Below are positions 9,701 to 17,797 of a stretch of DNA of 64,000 nt, one piece after another. The notes under the pieces are model-generated. The model ran no database searches, was not told the DNA's origin, and saw only the letters and a program-made list of their open reading frames with translations. Source of the stretch: a virus. Taxonomy: Duplodnaviria; Caudoviricetes. How positions within the stretch are numbered: position 1 is the first letter of the stretch; the number at the start of each line of letters is the position of its first letter. A program made the position numbers and the translations under genes. The stretch spans positions 615 through 64,614 of IMG/VR virus record IMGVR_UViG_3300025168_000080; one strand, written 5' to 3'.

Positions 9701-12380
9701 CTGTGCTTGGCTTCTTATTCGCATCGTTTTTATTATTTATATCGTCATCTTGTTCGGCATTAGCAACTGGATTTTTAGCAGCTTCAAAAGCGTTTCTACT
9801 TAAAGCTTCTAATTGAGTATCTATATCTGATATTTGTTGTAGTCTACCTTTAATAGTTGCAGGATCTTTTCCTGCAATTTCTGTTTCTAATCTTTGTTTA
9901 CTAAGCAATAATCCTAATGCTATTTTTTTTTGTGCAGTATTATAATCAGATGGTATTCTACCATATACACCTTGTAGTTCATTTAACTGATCATCTATAT
10001 ATTTTGCTTGTTTTTTTGTAAGTGCACCAAGATTAATTTTATTTTTTAAATCTATAATTGAAAAGTTAAAGGGATCACTATCTTTTGTTATTGCTTCAAA
10101 TACCTCAAACATTCCATCGTCTAACTTTGTAAAGTCAGCAGATGATGCGGCATTAGACATAGCTCCAGGTGCACTTAACATAAAGCCACCTACCATTTCT
10201 AATGCACCTGCATTTAACAGTTGTAAGGTAAGAGCTGACATAGTTTCTGGAGTGTGAAACATTTTACTAACCTCATCACTTTTAGATCCGTAGTTATTAT
10301 ACAATGTTTTAGCAATAATATCGGCAGCTTCTTGAGCTACACCTGTTTCAAATTCTGCCGCGCCTGCAGCAGCTAAGGTTGCTCCACCTTTTGCTAAAGC
10401 TCCTTTAAATCCTGGTTGAACCGTTTGTCTTACAAGTTCTGGAAAAGTATACTTAGATAAATTTCGTTGAGTAGATTTACCTATTGCACCCACAAACACT
10501 TTATTCACAAAACCAGTTCCAAGTCTCATATTTCTAAAACCTATACGTTCTAATGTACCTACTGTTATAGCTAATGGTAAAGCCACTGCCATTTTTTCAT
10601 TCTCAGATATAGTATTAAAATTAGGGTTATTACGCATCTGTTCGTTTGTGTGGTCATAAGATGATGCTACTAATTGAGCAGTTCGTTGCCCTGCCGCAAT
10701 TATTCTGCCAGATTTACCTGGGCCTGCCCATGCTATTAAGTCTGGAATAGTTTCCATAGCTCCTAAGTAGGCTGTTGCCCACCAACTGTCTTTTTTTAAT
10801 TGTTTAGAAAACTCTGGGGTTGTTTCTGCATCACCCCATAACTCTTCTGTTCCTTCTCGACCAAAATCTACCATACCCTTATTATTAGGATCAGACTTCC
10901 ACGCTTGATAAACTGCATCTGAATAATTATATCCAGCACCAGGAGATTTCATAACTGCTCTTCCTTGTTTATCAAAATCAAACATATTAAACTTTGCGTC
11001 TTTTTTTAAGATGTCTTTTGTAGCAGATGTCAACTCATTACGTTGTTCTTTTGTAAGTCGTGCTGTATAATCATCCCAATTTTTAAAACGTGATTTTTTA
11101 ATTTGAATACCTTCTTTATCAGTGGAATTCTGTGGCTTTTCATACAAGGAAGGTAATCCATACTTTTGTTGTGCTAATCCAGCATAAATATCCCTAAATG
11201 CTTTTTCACCTGCAAGTCCAGTATCTGAAAACTCAACTGCCGCATCTATACCTAATCCTACTTCAGACGCAGTACGTCTTCCTATAGTTCTTAACATACC
11301 ATCTACTGTAGCACCAAACAAAGTTCCTTGTTCAGCTTTCATAGCAAAATAATCACCAGTCAATGCATCTATCGATGCACCTTTTTGTTTTAATTGTAAA
11401 TCTCGTGAGATGATATTTTGTTTTTGTTTTCCAACTGAAATAGACTTCTGTTGAAGTTCTTGAAATAACAATGCGTTTTCAGGTAAATTCATTTCTTCTG
11501 AAGACATTCCACTAAAGTATTCTCTTAATCTTTGTACTTCGTTTTTTTCTGCAAGGTATTGTTGTATAGTAGTATTAAAAGCATTAGCTTCTATGTTTAA
11601 TAACTTAGCAGACAAATCTATTTGATCTTGCCCTTGAATTTTTCTTTCTAAGGCTGAGTAGCCTTTTTCTTCTAACATTAAACGTCTACTCGCTGCTTTA
11701 TTCTTAGCTAAAAAAACTTTTAACGCTTCTGCTTCTGATTTTTTATTAATACCAAAAATAGGATCAAGTTCAACCGATAGTTTTTCACCATTAGCCGCAG
11801 TAACATTCATAGCATCATCAATACCTGTTTGTTCAAATGTAAAACCGTATTGGTTAAAGTTATAATTCATTAAAGGAACAACAGCCTCTTCTTGACGCTC
11901 AATCATTTCACCATCTATAAGTTTTATAGATTGCGCAAACGGATCTTTAGTTTCTTTGTTAAGTTGTGATTGAGTATCTGAATAATCAATAAATGTTTCT
12001 TGATTTACCTCACTCCCATCAATAACAAAACTCTGTTGTACTTCTTCTACGTTTGGTTCTGGAGCAGGGGTTTCTACTCCTACTGGAGGTGCAACGATGG
12101 GTTCATCTGGAGAGTCCAAAGAACCATCTTCCGAATCTGATTCCATAACGTCCTGAAGACCACTCTGCAAAGATTCGGCAGGACTGGGTTTTTTTTTTAC
12201 TCCAATTAAGGATTTATAAGCATCAAAATCTCCGCTATAACCGCCACTGGTAAATAATTCAAATGAATCATTTAAAGCGTCTGGATTAGAGTTTATTAAA
12301 GTTTGAAACTCATCTATTGATCCGCTATAACCATTTGATGCAAACATGTTATAAGCATCTTGTAAAGCCTTTTCGTTCAT
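3711..12380 (-). CDS. Giant internal virion / DNA-ejection protein with zincin-like metallopeptidase motif (polyvalent-protein-like)
   Basis: 2889 aa, mostly helical; last of a small-medium-giant triad after the tail genes; contains IHINL...LVAHEIFHG...EEKLAE (HExxH plus downstream E). Confidence 0.75.
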   Translation of the reverse strand: MNEKALQDAYNMFASNGYSGSIDEFQTLINSNPDALNDSFELFTSGGYSGDFDAYKSLIGVKKKPSPAESLQSGLQDVMESDSEDGSLDSPDEPIVAPPVGVETPAPEPNVEEVQQSFVIDGSEVNQETFIDYSDTQSQLNKETKDPFAQSIKLIDGEMIERQEEAVVPLMNYNFNQYGFTFEQTGIDDAMNVTAANGEKLSVELDPIFGINKKSEAEALKVFLAKNKAASRRLMLEEKGYSALERKIQGQDQIDLSAKLLNIEANAFNTTIQQYLAEKNEVQRLREYFSGMSSEEMNLPENALLFQELQQKSISVGKQKQNIISRDLQLKQKGASIDALTGDYFAMKAEQGTLFGATVDGMLRTIGRRTASEVGLGIDAAVEFSDTGLAGEKAFRDIYAGLAQQKYGLPSLYEKPQNSTDKEGIQIKKSRFKNWDDYTARLTKEQRNELTSATKDILKKDAKFNMFDFDKQGRAVMKSPGAGYNYSDAVYQAWKSDPNNKGMVDFGREGTEELWGDAETTPEFSKQLKKDSWWATAYLGAMETIPDLIAWAGPGKSGRIIAAGQRTAQLVASSYDHTNEQMRNNPNFNTISENEKMAVALPLAITVGTLERIGFRNMRLGTGFVNKVFVGAIGKSTQRNLSKYTFPELVRQTVQPGFKGALAKGGATLAAAGAAEFETGVAQEAADIIAKTLYNNYGSKSDEVSKMFHTPETMSALTLQLLNAGALEMVGGFMLSAPGAMSNAASSADFTKLDDGMFEVFEAITKDSDPFNFSIIDLKNKINLGALTKKQAKYIDDQLNELQGVYGRIPSDYNTAQKKIALGLLLSKQRLETEIAGKDPATIKGRLQQISDIDTQLEALSRNAFEAAKNPVANAEQDDDINNKNDANKKPSTETVVEEESTTVSEEVGDNVSQPEPSREGDSTSENSNENRVQTQEEIDQEVSDLETLLDPEAAEDTEINEAITKGKKGKKKVLVENTTNENTDLEGTQIESNLFVTTDDGAPKTILQKLVLRQAKRAAKSIAKRFPKLNIIVHNTRASYEQYLGYQVPEGTIDRGTFNANDNTIHINLQDSTKRLVAHEIFHGILYNSIKAGDKAINGLTKKMIQALSRSGSLSKKLKTDLENFASSYESNQKNEEKLAEIFGRIAGEYKNLNAKDKGVIRRFLERIATKFGIEIGQSSQDVIDLLNRLAGKIATGETITDKDIEGLTNLEQGTVIDDGGVIPNNIDLEGAPKINLKTKKSKYQINRGGIDIDKIKRGSINDLSGANAFVFAGDKATYGEIESPTGLKFDFFGGYLYPYGTGIGWAATNEKSANQLKQRIDNSDGIGLVMSQENDGIAGSYRMFEYLNAEIAHAINKGASPQELLTYVNSKLKVGEQASKLKKLGLPTQITSLEELNTLMPFEGNNSFSYVERGSFVKQFFSAESLQKFGIPPLNKTAKSDVGVLDYVNDPSLTEVGYGDIVSAIQFEKGAKIREVREGEPNFHPSYPFVLEGKPIMVFNEAPDIRKVFPKSKPKSKTANQTPIGQRAKPQAARSAMGGQYTAPVPGNVETEGAPKIAKKTRESANKLGDLYNMSSKGFFDVNINIGPLRTAARNLGLTVVEGRIREGFRRGELTGYFLSDGIGRNGKPRLYNPRVRGPKKSMQQIGDENQNIVDVVRIARENNFTDNTIITYLRKAGKKVSEIKPILEVQNFVLQNVPSAFGNIEGGMAKGITLFNKVYNFRKKLLDNNITPIGKKIIKAQNEIDQLEGELKFNETNKQIAKAKAKLKKLQDEAKAKGKGLYKLTQSEIDNKTLDFLESTQEYKNESDKGKFTNQQAQMLSQMMNAFNGRPMRGDAAGRIRLARQILRERERGIKGLQKLKKDLRNYIRMALEPDVFSITDVNNLIKKVTDADSKNIENIKEEVLEFVNKKTNENLTKKINTILNGKYVDISGGRKIAYKVSDEIAKRLENIKNLIGGINSKTDGSIITTLQQKLGNEISEIEKESFQTDEQRVDAANLQIVLNFINAQLMMDYEVDKTIELASVIEDLNALVETGKSALEQQRYIKHMQYVEDAETAYFEITGKKLNLYIENPEFDELLPESKSNPRKIRNPKAKDILAEKAVVSAAKRAGLKKRVPKIFTNANRSVKDFLMGNLDLASLVSTLSRIPGELFGGKLQEISTFKIDEGTLDYKRRKMETTIMINLKLQEVYGKKWQSKAQKDSKAYDTGIVFEGMDGTTPLVLSQNQMSYLVNQFKDPANENSFKTKYGEKQYKRIMKEMESKLNDEVRELGRWQVEEFFPAMYETYNEAYKKVYRTSMPWNQYYAGRIYRDGLEQSDAIDLLADKNSYKTMAAPASTKIRMENAKSIADVDQMNALLTYVNDMNWFAAMSEPINDLSKMFNNVSVRRAITDAYGEGGMTNVNDMIDKIANRGVKSETGLDWINGMTSAFVIGKLAINPTIFIKQLTSFPAYAASPEIGFRKWTATATMNAPKLISTWKEIQSNSVYIQDRYGERILNTIETYAPSKVESLVPSSKLNTLVSVMMYLVKQGDKGAIIIGGVPNYIIYKNNFKKANPKATEKQAIDYAIKRFERDTKRAQQSSDLQDKDRFQTGGTFQRALNMFQTSIKQYMRKEFVALVNLKRKVLSGGTEGKGTVYQNLRTLAVYHTMLPVIFQYVASGLPGLLSTMDDDDKDDLLRAGVLGNLNAIFIIGSLLDGTADLITGKPWAGAVSSLPILEQSAKALDQLAKARQYNVTPVDKNGKLRSQASIDKSIAGAQAQYKKALYTMLGLGGLPAIQVDRLVNNLIELGAGGASPEEMILRILQFSDFAIKSNEDRETERKGPPKVKPLTRSELKKYRPEIYKKQMERERKLKERRESNPSYQRLEELKRQQKERREQMLQDRFN

Positions 12381-12392
12381 AATTTTTTATTT

Positions 12393-14555
12393 TTAATCGC
12401 CATCATCTTCTGTTTCTGTGGTATTATATATTGATGTGTCAACAGATCCAGCCGATCCAACACCACCGAAGTTTTTATCTTTATTAGCTTGGTTGTAATT
12501 ACTAATTACACTGTTAGCATATTCTTCAACCTTAGAAATTAAATTAGCTACATCACCATCATATCTAATCTCTCGATTAATTGTTTCATTAAGAACTGGA
12601 TCAAATATTTTTACATTAATAGTTCCATCTTGTCCAAAAGTATCTTCATCTACAGTTATTTCAGCAGTTGCTTGATTGTTGTTTATAGATATATTTCTAA
12701 AGGCATTTTTAAACATATCACCAACTATAACTCCAGCTTCCTCAGAATCTTCATTTTTTGCAGTAAGTTGAAGTTTTTGTGCCGCAGACATTTCGTCTAA
12801 ACCAATAATGTCATTAGAAGCATTATAATTCTCTAATACTTCAAACTTTTCTACTGTACTTGTTAATTCATTACCCTTAAAATTAGGATTTTTAATTTGT
12901 TTAGCATTAGTACCACCGAATGGAGTTTCAGCTACTGGTTTTTTATTAGCATCTTGTGTTATAAAGTCTGGGTTATCTATTAAGTGAGGTGTAAACATAT
13001 TTGGATCTTCCTCAATTGCTTGATCGTACCACGCATCAAACGATGTGTTCTGAGTAATACTGTTTGGTATTAAATCTCTAAATATTTCTTTAGCAATTTC
13101 TTTAGCGGGTCTTGGTTTAGTTAAGTCTGCTTGTCCATCTTTTTTAAAGTAATAAGAAATAAACGTATCGTCTTCCTTATTATTTTTAGTTCTTTCTATA
13201 GATATACCATTTGCTTGTCTGTCAATTTGATTAATCACAATACCCCTTGCTTCATTGAAAGTGTCAAGGTTAAGTTCTTTAATTGTATCCTCCATATCAG
13301 AGGTAGCCGTAAGAGCATCAGCAGACATAATATTGTTAATACGTCTTGCATATCCTATTTCTTTTTCCTTCTGACGAGTTCTATCACCTGCACCTGTGTC
13401 TTCATTAGGCTCATACGATTGACTTGTTATTTTTCTTGAACCACCTAATTGCATAGCTACATTTTCATCTATGTTAGCTTTAACTTGACTTTCAACAAAT
13501 TCTTTATTACCAAATGTGGTTGATAAACCATTTGGATTTTCAGGATCAATAATAATCATATACTTTTTATCAACACCTGCATGTTTTTCTTCAAACTCTG
13601 CTGCACTTAAAACCACTTTAAAATCTGAATTCATTGTAGCCGCAGTTTGTCCTAATCCATTATCCCCTTGAGCAGTTACTTTTTGATAAATAGTATCTTT
13701 AAGCCCATCTATGTCAGCTTTAAATCTTGGATCATTAGCCATTATAGTATAGTCTTCGGTAGTCATTACATATCTCCCCTGTCTATCTCCTTGTTTACCA
13801 AATTTAACTTGATAAGAATTTGTAATTGTTCCTAATAAATCTTTTTCTTGCTTTACACTGTTTTGAATATCAAACTGATCTCTATCTTGTTCGTAACTCA
13901 TGTTTGCTTTAAAACTATCTATTGAAGTAAATAACTCTGGGTTTTTCTTGAAGTTAGGAACGTTACCATTTTTATCTCGTTTATAAGAAAATGCTTGTCC
14001 AGATACACCATCTAAATACATACTATTTTGAGTTGACTTTCCAAAACCGTGAACACTTTCTCCGATAGTTACCTCATACGGAGATGCTAACATATTACCT
14101 GTAGCTTCACTTGTTGTATTAATTCTTTTTTTAGACTTATCAACATAAGCACCAAAAGTTTTAGTAACTCCATTCCATGTACTCATTTGAGTTTTAACAC
14201 GTTGAAGATATTTTTTGTATTGAGATGCAGTTGTTTTACCTGATTCTAATGCTTTATTATATGTCATTAAATTGTCTCTCGCTTGAGAAGCCATATCAAT
14301 AACACCATCACTGAAAACACTATCTGAGTTGGTTTCAATGTTGCCTAATTGTTCTACTAAACTATCAGTATTATCATTGATGTCTTTTTTAATTCCATCC
14401 CTACGTTTCTGCTCAGTGTCTAATAATACACCAACATTATCAGCAATTTTACTATAATCAATTTGATTATTACTTTTAAAAAATGCTCGGTATTGTTTCG
14501 GATCAACTATTTGTTGGTTTATATTACCAAAGTCTACTCCACTTTTATCTGCCAT
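12393..14555 (-). CDS. Putative internal virion (ejection) protein
   Basis: 720 aa; lies between the small Ala/Gly-rich and the giant ejection candidates, as in the T7 gp14-15-16 layout. Confidence 0.6.
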   Translation of the reverse strand: MADKSGVDFGNINQQIVDPKQYRAFFKSNNQIDYSKIADNVGVLLDTEQKRRDGIKKDINDNTDSLVEQLGNIETNSDSVFSDGVIDMASQARDNLMTYNKALESGKTTASQYKKYLQRVKTQMSTWNGVTKTFGAYVDKSKKRINTTSEATGNMLASPYEVTIGESVHGFGKSTQNSMYLDGVSGQAFSYKRDKNGNVPNFKKNPELFTSIDSFKANMSYEQDRDQFDIQNSVKQEKDLLGTITNSYQVKFGKQGDRQGRYVMTTEDYTIMANDPRFKADIDGLKDTIYQKVTAQGDNGLGQTAATMNSDFKVVLSAAEFEEKHAGVDKKYMIIIDPENPNGLSTTFGNKEFVESQVKANIDENVAMQLGGSRKITSQSYEPNEDTGAGDRTRQKEKEIGYARRINNIMSADALTATSDMEDTIKELNLDTFNEARGIVINQIDRQANGISIERTKNNKEDDTFISYYFKKDGQADLTKPRPAKEIAKEIFRDLIPNSITQNTSFDAWYDQAIEEDPNMFTPHLIDNPDFITQDANKKPVAETPFGGTNAKQIKNPNFKGNELTSTVEKFEVLENYNASNDIIGLDEMSAAQKLQLTAKNEDSEEAGVIVGDMFKNAFRNISINNNQATAEITVDEDTFGQDGTINVKIFDPVLNETINREIRYDGDVANLISKVEEYANSVISNYNQANKDKNFGGVGSAGSVDTSIYNTTETEDDGD

Positions 14556-14575
14556 ATTATATTACTTTAAACTTA

Positions 14576-15250
14576 CTAAAACATTTGAAATATTCCATTT
14601 CCCATATTAGATGATGACTCTTCTTCTTGAGCAGTGCCCATTCCTAATATTCCTAAATATTTTTCAAAAGCCTCATCATCCATTTTTTCACCACCAAACA
14701 GTGGTGCCGCCATACCAAGAGCTCCTACAAGAGCTTTACTACCAGCGTTAAATCCTTGTGCTTTAGCTTGAGCTGCTTGTTCTTTTAGCATAGCAGATTC
14801 TTCTAAAGCGTCTTGCCCTCCAGCTACATCCATTGAAATAGTCTGTTGTTTTATTTTTTCTTGAGAATCTGCTTTTAATTTATCTAATTTAGTCATCGCA
14901 GTGCCCTCTGCAATTCTTGTACTTTCAGCCGCTTCATTACTCATACCCGCAACTTTACCAATACCTGCCACTAAACCTCTTTGCCCACTACCTTGTAGTG
15001 AATCAACTAATTGTGTAGTAGTTTGTCGATTTTGACGATATTGCTCATTAAATGCGTCTAATGGTAATTTTAGTTTAGCATATATATCTTTTTCTGCACG
15101 TTCTCGTGCTTCTCTCATAAGTTTTTCGCCACGTATTTGTGCGTCATTAGCTTTTCGTTTTGCTCCAGCCGCTTGTCCAAAAGACATTAAACTTGAACCT
15201 GCTTGAGAAGCTATGCCAACTCCCGCAGCTATTGCTGTAAATCCTGCCAT
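14576..15250 (-). CDS. Putative small ejection protein (T7 gp14-like position)
   Basis: Ala/Gly-rich hydrophobic N-terminus (MAGFTAIAAGVGIASQAG), coiled-coil middle, second Gly/Ala hydrophobic patch. Confidence 0.65.
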   Translation of the reverse strand: MAGFTAIAAGVGIASQAGSSLMSFGQAAGAKRKANDAQIRGEKLMREARERAEKDIYAKLKLPLDAFNEQYRQNRQTTTQLVDSLQGSGQRGLVAGIGKVAGMSNEAAESTRIAEGTAMTKLDKLKADSQEKIKQQTISMDVAGGQDALEESAMLKEQAAQAKAQGFNAGSKALVGALGMAAPLFGGEKMDDEAFEKYLGILGMGTAQEEESSSNMGNGIFQMF

Positions 15251-15251
15251 T

Positions 15252-15662
15252 TTATATTCTTTTAATTAATTCTGTATTGTATGCATCTCCTTGAATGTAA
15301 CCCATCTCTACATATGTATTAATAAGACTTTGGTTTTTAACAAGTGCATACATAATGTTTTTATTTAATTCTTTTGCTTTTATTTCAAGAGACGATATTA
15401 AAGTTTCTATTGCAATCTTTCGATTTTTTTTGTTTTTATATTCTAAATTAGAAACAACCCAATCAACCCAGGCTACATTAGAATTTGTAATGTATAAAAA
15501 ACCTGCGACTACTGGAATATCGCCATCATAAATTATATAACCACCGAGACCATTCTCTGGTAAAAAATCTTTCGGAGGTGGTGTCCATCTCCAATCTTTC
15601 CACCATTTACAAAGAACATCTTCATAATCTGTGGTTTTAAGTGGTTGTAAATTTAATTGCAT
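15252..15662 (-). CDS. GNAT-fold acetyltransferase-like protein (T7 gp13-like position)
   Basis: PVVAGFLY...AWVDWVVSN.EY...LINTYVEMGY matches GNAT motif A/B spacing; precedes the ejection genes. Confidence 0.7.
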   Translation of the reverse strand: MQLNLQPLKTTDYEDVLCKWWKDWRWTPPPKDFLPENGLGGYIIYDGDIPVVAGFLYITNSNVAWVDWVVSNLEYKNKKNRKIAIETLISSLEIKAKELNKNIMYALVKNQSLINTYVEMGYIQGDAYNTELIKRI

Positions 15663-15668
15663 TTACAA

Positions 15669-15676
15669 CAAAGATA
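15669..15676 (-). promoter_or_regulatory. Bacteroidota -7 promoter box TATCTTTG
   Basis: Exact TAnnTTTG in the intergenic gap, 6 nt before the ATG at 15662. Confidence 0.65.
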
Positions 15677-15684
15677 ATAAAATT

Positions 15685-16488
15685 CTATGGATAACTTTTC
15701 ATCACACTACTACCGACTGAAAATAGTTCAACTGGAGTTATATCATTATTAGATAAAGTAAATTCTAAGTAATATCCTCGTGCACCATGAGATTCGGCAA
15801 CACTGTTTTTAATGTTAGTCATAAACTGTCCAGTTACTGGCACAGTAGATGTGGCAGCAGTAGTGTTAATTGTAATTGTAAAAGTAGGATCAATGTTAGA
15901 TATTGATACAATTGTTCCTGCTTGAACTGGCGCATCAGATGTTGAGCCTGTTAAATTAGAAGCAAATAAAGTATCACCTATACTAATTGTTTGACTGAAT
16001 GCAGAAGAAAAAGTTACAATTACTGCGGCTGGAGCTGCAGCATTTACGTTTGTATTTACACCTATTCCTGTTGTTGAACGATCTCTATAATTTATAGTAC
16101 CATCATTATTTCTAATATATGTAAACCACTCTCCCTCTTTTTGAACAAAATAAGTTTCTAACATAGAACCTGGGCTACCGTCAGTTAAATCTGTATTTAG
16201 AGCTGTACACTCCCATGCTTGATTACTTTCGTATGTTAAAGTTTTAAATAATTTAACGTCAACGACTGGTCTTGGGGATAGTACACTTGTAATAGTAGAC
16301 GGAGCTTGATCTCCTGGAACTCCATAATATTCATTTCTATTAGGACTTGTGTTATGGCGATATAGATTGCCATTTTTAAATGTATAAAAATAACTATTCA
16401 TTCCTATCATATAGTCTGGAAAGAAAGAATAAAAAGAAGGCCATCCTTCTGCTTTGTCACTATATGATAATGTATAATTTGTTGGCAT
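15685..16488 (-). CDS. Structural protein, probable C-terminal half of the tail nozzle/muzzle
   Basis: Begins TLSYSDKAEGWPSFYSFFPDYM...FYTFKNGNLYRHN and includes KLFKTLTYES, FVQKEGEWF and RGYY, recalled as the C-terminal part of crAss-like nozzle proteins. Confidence 0.6.
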   Translation of the reverse strand: MPTNYTLSYSDKAEGWPSFYSFFPDYMIGMNSYFYTFKNGNLYRHNTSPNRNEYYGVPGDQAPSTITSVLSPRPVVDVKLFKTLTYESNQAWECTALNTDLTDGSPGSMLETYFVQKEGEWFTYIRNNDGTINYRDRSTTGIGVNTNVNAAAPAAVIVTFSSAFSQTISIGDTLFASNLTGSTSDAPVQAGTIVSISNIDPTFTITINTTAATSTVPVTGQFMTNIKNSVAESHGARGYYLEFTLSNNDITPVELFSVGSSVMKSYP

Positions 16489-16498
16489 AATTTAAATT

Positions 16499-17788
16499 TT
16501 ATGTTGGAACGCAATTACCTTGACTTGCAACAACTCCATTTCCTCCATTAACTTGTATGAATGTTCTTTGAAAACCTGTAGTATAAAGATAATAAAAACC
16601 ATCATTAAGAGTTACAGTACCTGCACTGTTTGAATATACAACATCTCCTGCAATTGGATAGGTTCCTGTTCCATTATGAAAATATAATTGATCTGCTGCT
16701 GGTGTGCCAAATTGGTTACATATTACTGCTACTAAATTTGGATATAATACACTTGTTGAATAACTAATTAATCCACCACCACCACCACCAGTACATGCTG
16801 CACTGCTTATTACTACTCCATTTCTAATACCTAATGCAGTACTATTGTTTACTATAATATATTGTAATGTATTAGTATCGTTTAGATAAGTGCCACCATT
16901 TACATCGGTAAACACAAAATTTCCTATTTCAGGAATGATGTTAGTATCAACAGTATAAGGAATAGAAGTTCCAACTGCATTTCTTACAAAGTAATAAGTT
17001 GCCGTGTTTGAAGCGCAAGTAATATTTGACTGTAATGTAGAACCTGAAAAAGAAGGTAATGCTGCTGGACAAGCTATTTGCCAATTAAACACTGTGCCAC
17101 TCATAGGGGCAAAAAACTGAATATTAACAGTTGTAACAGCCGCTAAAGTTTTTGGAACTACCATTGTGAAAACAGGAGAACTTGTTGGTGTAGACGAATC
17201 AGTAGCAAAACCAACTTGATTGTTTACAACACTAAAGTCTCGTGATGTTCCTTGACTAACATAAGTATTAGAAGCAGCAGAAAAAAGATATTCTGGAACA
17301 GTTGTATAGCTACCAATTAACCCTGCATTTTGATTTCCTACATAAGTAGGAAGTCCAGTGTTTTGATTGTTTATACCTGCATAATCCACTTGTGTTCCTG
17401 CGGCATCAACTAAAGTAACACTGCTATGATTATATTTTGATGTAAGTCTATTATAGTTAACGCTGTTATAATTAACAATTATACCATCAGGTACGGAAGA
17501 TGTTAAATAACAATATATTACAGTAGCACCAGTGCTATTAGCTAAATTTACAGTAGCATCAAACCACCCATTAGCACTCACATTTGCAGAAACACCTGAA
17601 CCACAATCTACAGCACAAGAACCACAAGGTTGAGCATTTAGTAAAACGCCATTAAGTTGTTGACGAACTGTTGATTCATTTGAATAAAATCCATCTGCGG
17701 CAAGTGTAGTTAGTGCAACATCTGTGTAAACAGCAGTTGCAAAGCTAAAACTTGTTCCGTCAAAATAATATATTCCTAATGTAGCCAT
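16499..17788 (-). CDS. Beta-rich tail-associated protein, paralogue of 36136-37338
   Basis: Thr/Ser/Gly/Asn-rich; shares VPDG..YN.LTS, CPA.LPSF, TYYF.RNA.G and P..GD.VYS blocks with 36136-37338. Confidence 0.7.
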   Translation of the reverse strand: MATLGIYYFDGTSFSFATAVYTDVALTTLAADGFYSNESTVRQQLNGVLLNAQPCGSCAVDCGSGVSANVSANGWFDATVNLANSTGATVIYCYLTSSVPDGIIVNYNSVNYNRLTSKYNHSSVTLVDAAGTQVDYAGINNQNTGLPTYVGNQNAGLIGSYTTVPEYLFSAASNTYVSQGTSRDFSVVNNQVGFATDSSTPTSSPVFTMVVPKTLAAVTTVNIQFFAPMSGTVFNWQIACPAALPSFSGSTLQSNITCASNTATYYFVRNAVGTSIPYTVDTNIIPEIGNFVFTDVNGGTYLNDTNTLQYIIVNNSTALGIRNGVVISSAACTGGGGGGLISYSTSVLYPNLVAVICNQFGTPAADQLYFHNGTGTYPIAGDVVYSNSAGTVTLNDGFYYLYTTGFQRTFIQVNGGNGVVASQGNCVPT

Positions 17789-17797
17789 ATTTTTAAT

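Noticed and set aside
3711-12380. Virion RNA polymerase, as in crAss-like or N4-like phages
   Set aside because: No DxDxD catalytic motif in a plausible context and no T7-like polymerase motifs were seen; an ejection/polyvalent protein fits better.
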